The notes under the pieces were generated by a model that worked only from the letters and a program-made list of their open reading frames with translations, did no database searches and was not told the DNA's origin. A DNA stretch of 64,000 nucleotides from Lingula anatina (taxonomy: Eukaryota > Animalia > Brachiopoda): NCBI GenBank assembly GCA_051362555.1, contig CM120640.1:58754788-58818787 (forward strand), written 5' to 3'. The stretch's first letter is position 1, and every line of letters begins with the position of its first letter. Both the position numbers and the translations under genes were made by a program. Shown in pieces: positions 12,501 to 24,500 of this stretch.

Positions 12501-15500
12501 GAAATGTTGTAAATATACCAGCAGATGTTACATCCACTGTAACAAAGTTACCAAGAACTGAGGCAGATAGCTCTACAATTAAAGTTCAGCTCAAAAGAAA
12601 TGTGAAATTTAAAAATTATGCATATGCTCAGAATGTAAGACCTAACAAAGTACTTGAAGCTGCAGCTTGGTTAACTGCAAATGGAAAATTATATCAAGAA
12701 AAGGGAATAACTGTAGACACAACATGGAAATTAGAAGAAAATCCCTGCAGATCTGACACATTTGAACAAACAAAAAAAGAGCATACAACTATTTATAACT
12801 TGCGTGAGGAACAAATACAAAACTTACTGAAAGAATATGTTTGTGTTGAATGCCCTGCTAGTTGTAAAAACATTCAATTTTCTGAAGAAGGGCATCTTAT
12901 GGATCAGGATGGTGATTTTGCAGATGAATTCTATGTCATTTTAGACAAGCCTTATAAATATGATCCATCTGTTGATGTTGACAAATTTGTGGCTACTATT
13001 CAGAGTGAAAGAAAAGGTGCTGGTTTTTCAAAACAACCACACATTTTTGGTGTACCTGCATTCAAATCACAAGAGAGAGGCAGATCAAGATATCGCAAGA
13101 AGATAAATACAATCAGAGCTTCTAGTAGAGAACGAATTGAAAAACTCATTGCTTATAAGCGCCACCATATTCTAAGAAAATATAAGCATTTGAAACTGAG
13201 TTATTATGGCTTGTTCAAAAGAAAAAAACAAGGAAGAACATGGTACTCAAGATACTTCAGAACTGTAAAAAAAATTCGACACAGAGTAAGAAATGTTTCA
13301 CACTTGCAAAAGGAGTTATCATACTTACAGCAAAGACATATATTACCTACATATTGTGAATCTGAAAATGAGGTACAACACATACGGACTGACAATACTT
13401 CATTCCATTTTATGCCTGTAGATGCCCTCTGGCAAGAGAAAATAACCAAGAAACTAAACTTACCATTAAAGCGTCCACACAATTGGCCTGAAACTGGTAG
13501 TGATATTCTCTTGACAAATCCTAGGCAGTTGAAGAAAGTTATTGGAGATGGTAATTGTTTTTTTCGAAGTTTGTCTTTTACCATCACTGGTTCTGACATG
13601 TTGTATGATAATAATCACATTATACTTAGAAACAAAATCGTCAGTCATATGAAGCAGCTTGAGTATGCTTTTGCAAGTAGTATGTTAGGCGATAATGACA
13701 GCACCTCAGCAAATTATATTAGACGAACCCGCATGGATAGTGTAAATGTTTGGGGTACTGAAACAGAAATACTTGCTGCAGCACATCTGCTACAAACGGA
13801 CATCTATGTCTACTGCAAGCCTGGTGACTCTTGGAAATGGTTAAAGTATTCTGCTAACTTTCTTGACCAGAACAATCATTCACACGAGACAGCTATTTAC
13901 CTACAAAATACAAACTCTGATCACTATGATATCGTGCAGAGTGTATGCGACTCATCATTGTCTGCTGATAGCATATACAAGAACTTGCTGCAAACAAAGC
14001 AGGTAACACGAGCTAAATCAGATATAAGTAAATACTTACAGGAAAATGATACTACAGATTGGGACGAAATTGATGAGGAAGAAATGAAACCTGGTATAAG
14101 AGATACAATGTTAACAGGTAGAGACTTCTTAGAAGACACAGAGAGAGAGAAAATTTATTCTTTTGCACCTGGCCAAGAAGGTCATCCACTCAGCATATTC
14201 AGAGATGAACACTGTGAGGAATTGGCTTTTCCTGAAATATTTCTTGGCAATGCAAGGCCTGCAAATCAAAACAGACTTGTCCCTGTACACTACAGTGACA
14301 TTTGCAAGTCGGAATTAAGACGCAATGACAGAAGAGCAGCAATGTGTGTTGACAACATATTTTTTAAAGCAAAAAAACTACAGATGAAAAGATTGATTGG
14401 GTCAGCTTCTCTTGCTGTAAGAAAACATAAAACTAGTGGAAAGAAACTCACTGCAGGAGATTTGAAACAGTCTGGAGCCATTGAGAAACTTTTACATTTT
14501 GATGAAGGTTATACATTCCTAAAAGGAGTACGTGGTTCCCCCCCATATTTTGAGAAAGCAAAAAAAGATTTATTTGCAATGATACGTCAGCTAGGAGCAG
14601 CAACTTTTTTCTGCAGTTTTTCTTCTGCTGAAACAAAATGGAATCATTTACTTGGAACTCTTGGTCAATTAGTAGATAATAGACATTACTCAGAATCAGA
14701 GTTAGAACAGCTAAGCTGGGATGAAAAATGTCGCTTGATTCAGAGTGATCCCATTACTTGTGCACGGCATTTTGATTATCAAGTCCAGTGTTTGATACAT
14801 CACTTTTTGTGCCACAAAGTAGCACCATTAGGTAAAATACAAGATTTTTTTTACCGTGTAGAATTTCAACACAGAGGTAGTCCACATATTCACATGCTGC
14901 TTTGGATAGAAAATGCACCTATTTATGGTGTCAATTCTAATGAAGACATCATACAATTTGTTGATAGCACAATTTGCTGTAGCAAACCAAATGAAGATGA
15001 TCCAATAAAAGAACTTGTATCTTATCAGACACACAAACATACAAGGACATGTATAAAGAATTTGAAAAAATCTTGCAGATTCCATTTTCCACAGCCTCCG
15101 ATGAAAAAAAGTATTATTCTGAAACCCCTTGAAGATACTTCACAGAAGAAAGAATATGCACAAGTTTGGACAAAGATTCATAATATTATAAATGACAAAA
15201 ATTTTACATGTGTTAGTCTAACATTTGAAGAATTTTTAAATAAAGTACAAGTCTCAGAAGAAGATTACATTTTGGCAGTGAGATCTACAATCAAAACTGA
15301 TACTTTGTTCTTAAAAAGACTGCCCTGTGAAATTTGGATAAACAATTATTCCAGGTCATGTTTACAAGCATGGAGAGCAAATATGGATATTCAGTTTGTT
15401 TTAGACATCTATGCTTGTGCAACATATATTGTAAATTACATTTCTAAAGGACAAAGAGGCATGTCAGATTTACTTTATCAAGCTTGCAAAGAAGCTAGAG

Positions 15501-18500
15501 AAGGTAACAGTGACATAAAACAGCAAGTCCGTCACATTGGAAACAAATTTCTTAATAATGTTGAAATTTCTGCTCAAGAAGCTTCCTACATCACTTTACA
15601 GTTACCCATGAGAAGAGCTTCTCGATCATTTGTATTCATTAACACTACACCCCCTGAAGACAGAGTACGATTACTTAAGCCACTGGAAGAAATAAAAGAA
15701 TTAGAAGATGAATCTGACAATATTGAGTCCAGCAATCTTTTGAAACGTTATAGCAGGCGCTTACCTTCCTTGGACAATATTTCCCTTGCAGATTTTGCTG
15801 CATATTATGACAACAATTTGAACATTATTGGCGGAAGCAAAAAAAGATCTTCTAGAATATTAGATACAGATGGTATGCCATTGGAAAAGCATGACCTTGA
15901 AAATTTTGAGGATGATATTCATGATATTCCATGTGAAACAGACATTATTAAAAGAAAAAAAGCAAAAATTATTCGCAGTGTTTGGTTCAGTGAGAGTTTA
16001 TATCCTGAAAAGCATTACCGTGAGCTATTGATGTTGTATATTCCATGGAGAAATGAAGAATCTGACATTTTGAAAAAAAATTTTGAAAGTTATGAACAGA
16101 GATGTCAACATTTAGAAAATGAGATTAGGGAACAACAGAGAATGTATTCTCCAGCTAAAGATGAATTGCACAGAGCAATGGAAGATCTAAATAACATGGA
16201 TAGTGAAGATGAAGATATGTGGGCCACTGTTGCACCAAATACTGAATGTCAAAATGAAGCTGATCAGTGTGAACCTAGTGATGTGGTACAATCTTCTGTT
16301 GGTCTGTCCTATGACTTAGCAGAAGATTTGGGTATACATGTATCTGCCAAAAGTTGCACTGAAGAAGAAATTGTTAATAAAGAAATACCTGATATCAGTT
16401 ACTTTAAAATGATTAGAAACATGAACAGACAACAGTTAGAGTTTTTCCATCATGTTTTACATTTAATCAAATCCAATTCTGATCCATTTCACATATTCCT
16501 GTCTGGAGGTGCTGGTGTGGGGAAATCATTTGTCACTCGTGCTCTGTATCAAGGTATTTTAAAGTACTTGTCAAGTTTACCTGGTGAAGACTTCCGGACA
16601 ATTAGAGTTGCTTTGATTGCTCCTACAGGAAAAGCTGCGTATAATATTGGTGGCCACACAATTCACAGTTTACTGAAAATTCCTGCAAATCAGAGTCTCA
16701 AATATAAAAGACTCAGTGCTGATGTGTTAAACAGTTTCAGATACAAACTTGGATCACTTAAAGTTCTCTTTATTGATGAAGTTTCAATGGTTGGGAGTAA
16801 AATGTTAAGTTTCATCAATGAACGGTTAAAAGAACTAAAAAACAATGACAGATTGTTTGGAGGTGTTAGCATTGTGGCTATAGGTGACCTATTTCAACTG
16901 AAGCCTGTGTTTGATAACTGGATATTTGAAAATCCAAACAATGACTATTATCCATTAGCTACTAATTTGTGGCAGAAACATTTTCACATGTATGAACTGA
17001 CTGAGATTATGCGTCAGAAAGACAGTAAAGAGTTTGCAGAAATTTTAAATAGGCTTAGAGAAGGACATCACACAGACAAAGACATAAAAGTTCTAAGTGA
17101 ACGTCAACTTGATCAATCAAAAACTAGCCAACAACCATTACTACATGTTTTCCAAACAAATTCTCTGGTAGAAAATTTCAATCATGCCAGTTATCAAAAT
17201 GCGAAAGGAGAAAAATTTCAAATTGCAGCCACTGATACTATCACTGGGCCTGTACCAAAACATTTAGAAAACAACATCAGAAAGCAAATTCCATTGGATC
17301 ATAAAAAAACCATGAATTTACGAAGGATTCTGCATATTGCAGTTGGGGAAAGAACTGAAGTTGTCCTAAATGTTGACACAGAAGATGGCATTACTAATGG
17401 TGCACCAAATGTTGTGAAACTGGTAGATTTAGACAGACAATTAATTTGGGTACAATTTGATGCAGAGGACATTGGCAAAAATGTCAGAAGAATGAACAAA
17501 CCATTATATAATAGCAAAATTTCAAAAACATGGACACCTATCTTTCCTGTTAAAAGACAATTTCACCTGGGAAAAACAGGACAGTATCAAGTTGTAAGAA
17601 AACAATTCCCACTGCAGTTGTCTGCTGCAAAAACTATACACAGATGTCAAGGTGACACATTGAAAGAATTAGTTGTAGATCTCAGCGGCAGAAAAAATGA
17701 GCACATGCATTATGTTGCACTTAGTCGAGTAGAAAAATTAGAAGGGTTGCATATTTTGGAATTAAATGCCAGTAAAATATGCATTTCTGACAAAGTTAAA
17801 CAAGAAATGAAACGTTTAAGGCAAGAAGCACAGCTTGTTAAATCAATATCATTTCTATTTGAACAACCAGATGACCACTTCAAAATAATCCATTGGAATT
17901 GCTGTTCTCTTCACAAATACATTGATGATATCAGAGAGAATCTTGATGTAGCGAAAGCAGATGTATGTGCTTTCACTGAGACCAGATTTGCAATTAAAGA
18001 CCTAAATACAAAATACCAGCTAAAAGATAAATATCTTCACAGAAATGATAGTACTCTTCATAGACAGCATGGTACTGCTATCTACAGTCACCATAGATAT
18101 GCAGAGAATTTTCCAAAAAATTGCAATTTCTCTGGAATTGAGATTACTGTCACACGGTTGGATCAGTTTCCTGACTTAGTTGTCATCACAATTTACCGAC
18201 CTCCTCATGGTAAAATGCAGGTACTTCTTGAGGCTTTGAGAAATATTCTTGACACTATTGATAAGACAGACAAATGTGTTATTATAGGTGACTTTAATGT
18301 CAACTGGCTCCATAAAAACAATGCAAATGCTCTCAGAAAAATGATGTGCCAAGACCTTATGTTTACACAACATGTCACAACTCCAACTACCAATTATGAC
18401 TCGGCCTTAGATCTCGTCTTCACAAACTTTAATCATACAGATCTTAAACTTATAGTTTTGCCCACTTATTTTGGTGATCACTTTCCAGTCTGTTTGTCTT

Positions 18501-21500
18501 TTCCCAAAAATTGTCTTTAAATTTATATTACAGATTATAAGACAGATTGTTTCCAAATTTCATTTAACCTATGTACTTCCAACCACATATATAGCTAAAC
18601 ACATGTGCAGAAGTTTCAGAGAATAACACTTCAAAAAAGAAAGAAAAAACATTAACAAAACCTTACGAATTTACCCCTTCTTTAAAAAGTTATTTACTTT
18701 TACCTATACATGTGGAAAAATAATGTCACACCCATTTCTTCAACTTCATAATACTTGAAATTGACCAATGATATTTGTTTACCGAATTATTTATTTCTTT
18801 CAATTCTAAGTTACATGATTACTCATACATTTTCACACATTATTGTGCTCTTCTTTACTTTTATAAAATTTTACATATTATATTGTTAAATATATATTTA
18901 TATATAATATTTTACATAAATGACGAAAGCAAGAACATAATCATCATATTAAAGACAGTTATAGTTCAAGAAGAAATACCATCTTTCCCTTTTAACTTAA
19001 AACATGGCATAATAAAAAAGGAGATAGACTTGGCTGGTGTCCTTTGCCCCATACCTACCAAACCATATTCTTGTTTCACTATCATTTTAAGAAGTACATT
19101 TGTTTGGTAAAGAAACAGGTTGCTTTTTAAAATCAGCATGATCAGTTAACAATTTACAGCAGTCATTATTTTTATATCATTTTTTTTCCACACATTGACA
19201 TTTTCAGTGGCTTATATATCCCTTAAAACTGGATCACTTGCTACTTTGCCAGCTTTGCTGTCTAGTCAATTTCAGTGTACCAAACCCATTAAAAAAAACC
19301 AACCAAATTGAGCAGTGACAAATCTTTATGAGATTAACATGTCATGTTACATATATTTCTTAATTTCAGAAAGGAAAATACCACCTACTTGGAGAAGATT
19401 AATGTTCACTTGTAACTTCTTTCCATGGGGTTTATGGAAACAAGACTGGGCTCAAGCATAGGATTTCTCTTCTTACTCATAGTATGAGGAAAGAACAATA
19501 AATGTTATAATATAATTGACACTGTTGGAGATGTGTTATTTGTGAAGTTGAAATGTTCATTCTTCACACTGAAGAACACTCAGTATACTTGAACAAAAAA
19601 CAATGTCATGTACAGTTTTGTACCTCTGATAGAGAAGACAATTTAGAGTAAATTATTCAAGTTTATTCATTTTGACTATTTAAATGTTGGTAGCAAAAAA
19701 ATGTCAGAAAAAGATTTTTTAAGAAATCTGTATGGCTATTGAATGAGTTGAATTGTATTTTATGGAGCATAGCAAAACAGAGTTTCTCCTATCATTTCTT
19801 ATTTTGTGAATACAGTTAGTTTTATAAAATTGAAAGTAAAAAAGATATGTAAAAAATATTTGTCTTAGAAATGAACAAAATGTTATTTTTCATGGCTAAT
19901 ATGTACCCCTGGTTTTGTTGCAGACATGCAGTTCTGGTCTAGCACATTCCATACTGGTCATATTTACAAATGCTCTGTATTCTAAGAGTCATTTATTCAT
20001 TATGTTCAAGCTGTACATTTTATACTTTATTGTTTTAATGCTGAATACCCCATGGCATAAATAACTAGCAGCACAAATTAATTACAGCTTTGGAAATGAC
20101 TAGCTCACGCTGCTAATTAATATCGCTACAGAGTAAACATACCGTGAACACTAGATACCACCAATGGATTTTTTAAATTTTGCATGTGAATACAGCCTAA
20201 TAGTAATATATTAGCTTGTTATAATGTCATCTTTCTTTATTTTGGTATCTTAGAAAATAAATGCTCTAAAATGACCTCACCAATTAGTTATGTGAGTATT
20301 TATCTACAGCTAAATTGCCATCTTGCTTACCCTTATTCATTCTTGACAGATATATGACTACTATAAAGCTTTCAATTTTCAATTAGCAAAATGCCCAGGG
20401 TCTGTAATGCAGTTAGTACGACAGCCGAGTCTAAATAAAAAAATATATTATATATATATTATGGTAAACTTGTTATCGTGTATTGTGAAATAAATTTTCA
20501 AAAATTGAAATAAACTCATATCATTGCAGTTTGTCAGATTCAATCATTCACTATGTTCAGAATCTCAGAATGGAAGAAATTTGAATGATGTGAATTTTTC
20601 TTCAGTCAACAGCTAATATTGAGATAGGTTTTACCTCCATATTAGCTGTTGACTGAAGAAAAATTCACATCATTCTTAAAACTTAACACAGCTGATGAAA
20701 TTCTTCTGGGAAGAAATTGGACATTTAACACTGCTCTATTGATATTTTTCCTATCTCATTAATTTTTATAGTTGATTATATATAAATGGCAGTAAACTGT
20801 GAATTTTGATATATGTTAAAAATTGTTAAAAATGGGGAAAAAACATTTCAGAACAGTGCTGTCTTGTTTACATTTTGTCATTTTCAAGTTGTGACTTTGA
20901 AGTTCCATGGGCCTGAAGACCTTTGCTAGTCACATTTTCTGAATATCCATGTTACTAAAGTTGATGGTCATTATGCTGTTAAACATTATGTAATCTTGCA
21001 TCAAAATTTGAAAAAAAAACTATTTTAGGCACTGCTCCCATGATGACCATATAAGAAAAACCATGTCACTTACTGCTCTCAAACTTACAGGAAAGAAACA
21101 TGGGACTAAAATACAGCTTCAGTAGGCAATGCAGTCTGTTAAGTAATTCTTTCTGCCAGTTAAACAGTTTTTTTGTGAAAATTTAATTTTTAACTTATTG
21201 GCATTTTCAAGGTGTGACTTTGAAGTTCCTCGAAGACCCATGCTAGTCACACTTTCTGAAAATCCATGATATGTTTATTTTATTATTAAAAATTGATGGT
21301 CATTATGCTGTTAACCATTATGTAATATTCCATCAGAATAGAAGAAAATTCTGGGAGCTGCTGCCATGATGACCATTATGGGAAAACCAAGTTACTTAGG
21401 ATTGCCAAAAAGAAATACAGGGCTAAAATGCTGCCTCAGTTGGAAAAGCAGTCTAATTGGCTTCTTTTTGTGAAAGTTATACATTTTCAAAGTGTAACTT

Positions 21501-24500
21501 GAACTCCCATGGGCCTGAAGCCTTATGCTTGTTACACATTTTACTTACATTGGTATTACCTGTTGAGCATAATAAAAATTTGATGTTGAATTTGCAGTTT
21601 AACATAATGTACTTTTGCATCAGAATTGACAGTAGCCTATTTTGTGCAGTTATTTCCTGCTTTTTGTCTGTACATTTGACAGCTTTGCTGCCTTGTTTTT
21701 ATTCACTGTCACATATGTAACTTGATCTTGTGTTTTACTTTAGGTCAAATACTACATGCTCCAGACACCCAAGGTAGCATTGATGCCATTACAACGCACT
21801 CATTCTTCCATTCAGAAAAGGAACTTTTAGATGAATTTCAGGCTATTTCTGGGCAGACTGGGACAGAAATTATCATCTATAATCTCAAAAGGTACTTTGG
21901 TTGCATTTAATTCAACCTGAAGCTTATCTACATATAGACACTGAATTGGTTTACTGTCAATATCTGAATGAAAAAGTGACCAATAAATGTGAGTGCATGT
22001 GTGCGTATGTGTGTGTGAACTCTAATATGTCTGCAAAGTTTTTGCAAGTCATCCATATAAGTGAATTGAAATACAGCAATTACTGCTCCTTACAATACGA
22101 TTTATAGTATATGTAGGTAGCAAAAAAAGTCGAGGAATACAAATGGCAGTTTTTACCTAATACCCCACTATAGATTTGATTGATCAGTTTATATCTATAA
22201 CTCATTAAGTTTGTTCTCTTTCCCTTCCCCAGGTCAAGTGATGGTATGCTTGAGTTGGATTTTCAGAGTAAACCTGATGACATAATGAATCTAGAGCATG
22301 AACAGATGGACCTGAACACCACAGCCAATGCTGTGTACAGACCAGTGGTGGAACATAAACCAGAGTATACCCGCTCTCTAAGGGTACAATACTGCAATTT
22401 TGATATTTCTAAACTATTAATTAATATACCACTTCCATGTCAGAGGTAGGGTAAGCTACAGTGGATCAGATTGTATAAATTTTGTTTCTCATTCCACTTG
22501 TGGATTTAATGTATTTTGGCCTTTTATAGTCTCAATGAACTCCAGTGAAACTTAACACATTTGAATAATTTAACATGACATTGAGGACCAGAAATTCTTT
22601 GTTGATAATTACATATTTTATTCATTATGAATCACAAGTGAAAAAAAAATAAATAAAAAAATAAACAGAGTTAATACAAGTTACTTTAGAAACAGAATTG
22701 GTACTTATCCACTAGTTTGCATATTTTAGTCTTTGCCTGAATTTTAGCATTTGCTTATTGCTTTTTAGGATTTTTAAGGAAATTCAAGTTGAAAATTAGA
22801 CAAAATTTTAATGAAGCAAATGAGAAAAACATTCTGGAATTTCCTTAAGTTTCTGGTTAATAGTTTATGATGATTCTTTTCAGGAATACTGTTCCATTTT
22901 ATTTCTAAAGCCTAGAATGAAGATCATATTGAGGGGGTCCAAAGTTAAAACAAAGCTGATTACTAAAAGTCTTAGTGAAACTGAAAGCGATGTTTATAGG
23001 CCAACATGGCTTGTATCCTTACTTACCAAAACTACTTTTGTTATTAGTACAGTATGCCTTGCTCCATTTTATGTGATTTAAGGGTGATATATTCACAGTA
23101 ATGGTGTGTCATGAAATTTTTCATTTTTAGTGAAACACATTTTTGTTTTATGTAGACAGGCTATTCCTGTTGTTGAGATGAATATTGACGAAATGTTTGA
23201 GAATTTAACTCTTTCACCATCCATCTTATCTAGACATAGTCTATTTTTTAAAAATTCTTTTCTGTGTTTGAATATGTGCCGTCTTTGATGTGTATTTAAG
23301 ATTAGGTGACATAAGTTAGGTGTAGGTTAGGTGACATAAGATTAAAGTCATAATAACTCTTCGTTTTGGCCAAAAATTGGATTTTCCCGGAAAAAACGGC
23401 AATTTTCCCGTACTTACCAATGGTCAACGACCCCATTCCTGCATTCAAAGTTAATCCAGGGTTTTTTTCCTAAACGTCAGGTTTTTTGTTAAAATCTCTT
23501 AAGAGATTTTAACTGACGGAGCTCTCTCTGACATCGCATAGTCACTGTTGACCTACTTAAAACCGCGGGAAAAGCAGACAACAACAACACTATATAAGAT
23601 TCATGAGATATATTCGTCTTTTTGTTAAAAATACATTAATATCCACAATGTGTGCCATTCTGGGCTTTTCGTTATCCGACGCACTGTACAAAAACTTGCA
23701 ACTTACGTCTGCGTCTGCATTAATGCGTTTGGCGCCATATGTTATTTTGGTCTCGAATGAACGCGAGAATCCGCGTGACACCATTACGTCATTAGCAACG
23801 AATGCCTTGATGACCGGGAAATTGGCATCGAAAGCCCTATTGACAAGCACAGATTTTAGTTTTACTACAATAACGGCCGTTTTAGTGGTAAAATACAATA
23901 GAATATATTTCCATGCATTGTTTACAATGTATTTCATGCGGAATTTTGAATCTCAAAGGAAGAGTTATTATTGCTTTAACAGAATATTATTTTTGAATGT
24001 GCAAGAAGATTTGATAAAAATTGCCTTGACTGCTTGATAGAAAAAATCCATGAAGATAATTTTTGGCTTCTCTCCACAAAAGCAGGACTACGGTATTATG
24101 CTGTATCATAAGAACAGACTCATCAAAGCCTATGAAAAAGTAGGATGTCAAAAACAGGTATGTTACATCCAGGTTTCTTGCCTGTCTTGAATTTCCTGAC
24201 CTACAATATACTACGGTAATGTGCCAAGCATTTCGACGGGCCCAGTCAATCCGACCACAAAAATTATTTTATAAAATTAATTTTTCTGGGCTCAAACAAT
24301 TAGTCCATACGTCAAAATCATGGGACAGAATTTTTTTCTTGTTCCGATTGTTCGACCACATCGTCGACAAGACTCGGTAAATTTTCAAGCCAGTGAAATA
24401 GATGCTGCATGCCTCGGCCCTTTGTCAATTGTTGTCCTTTCAATACCTCTCGTCAATGAGGAAGAAACAATTAATTGAAGATCTAATCTGGAAGCATGAC

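Larger units (their letters stand above)
3574..19266 (+). mobile_element. Putative autonomous Helentron (boundaries uncertain) in MORC intron 4
   Basis: Contains the transposase ORF; candidate 3' end is the stem-loop cagc-ttt-gctg plus tctagt at 19250-19266; 5' end not identified, and 3574 is only where HINE-A homology stops. Confidence 0.5.

Noticed and set aside
2225-18520. In-frame MORC ATPase-Helentron fusion protein
   Set aside because: Exon 4 ends in phase 1; splicing to the acceptor before 10280 gives CAT GCC TAG (stop)
23590-24037. 144-aa and 115-aa ORFs on opposite strands
   Set aside because: Lie mostly within a TTAA MITE in an intron; no recognisable motifs
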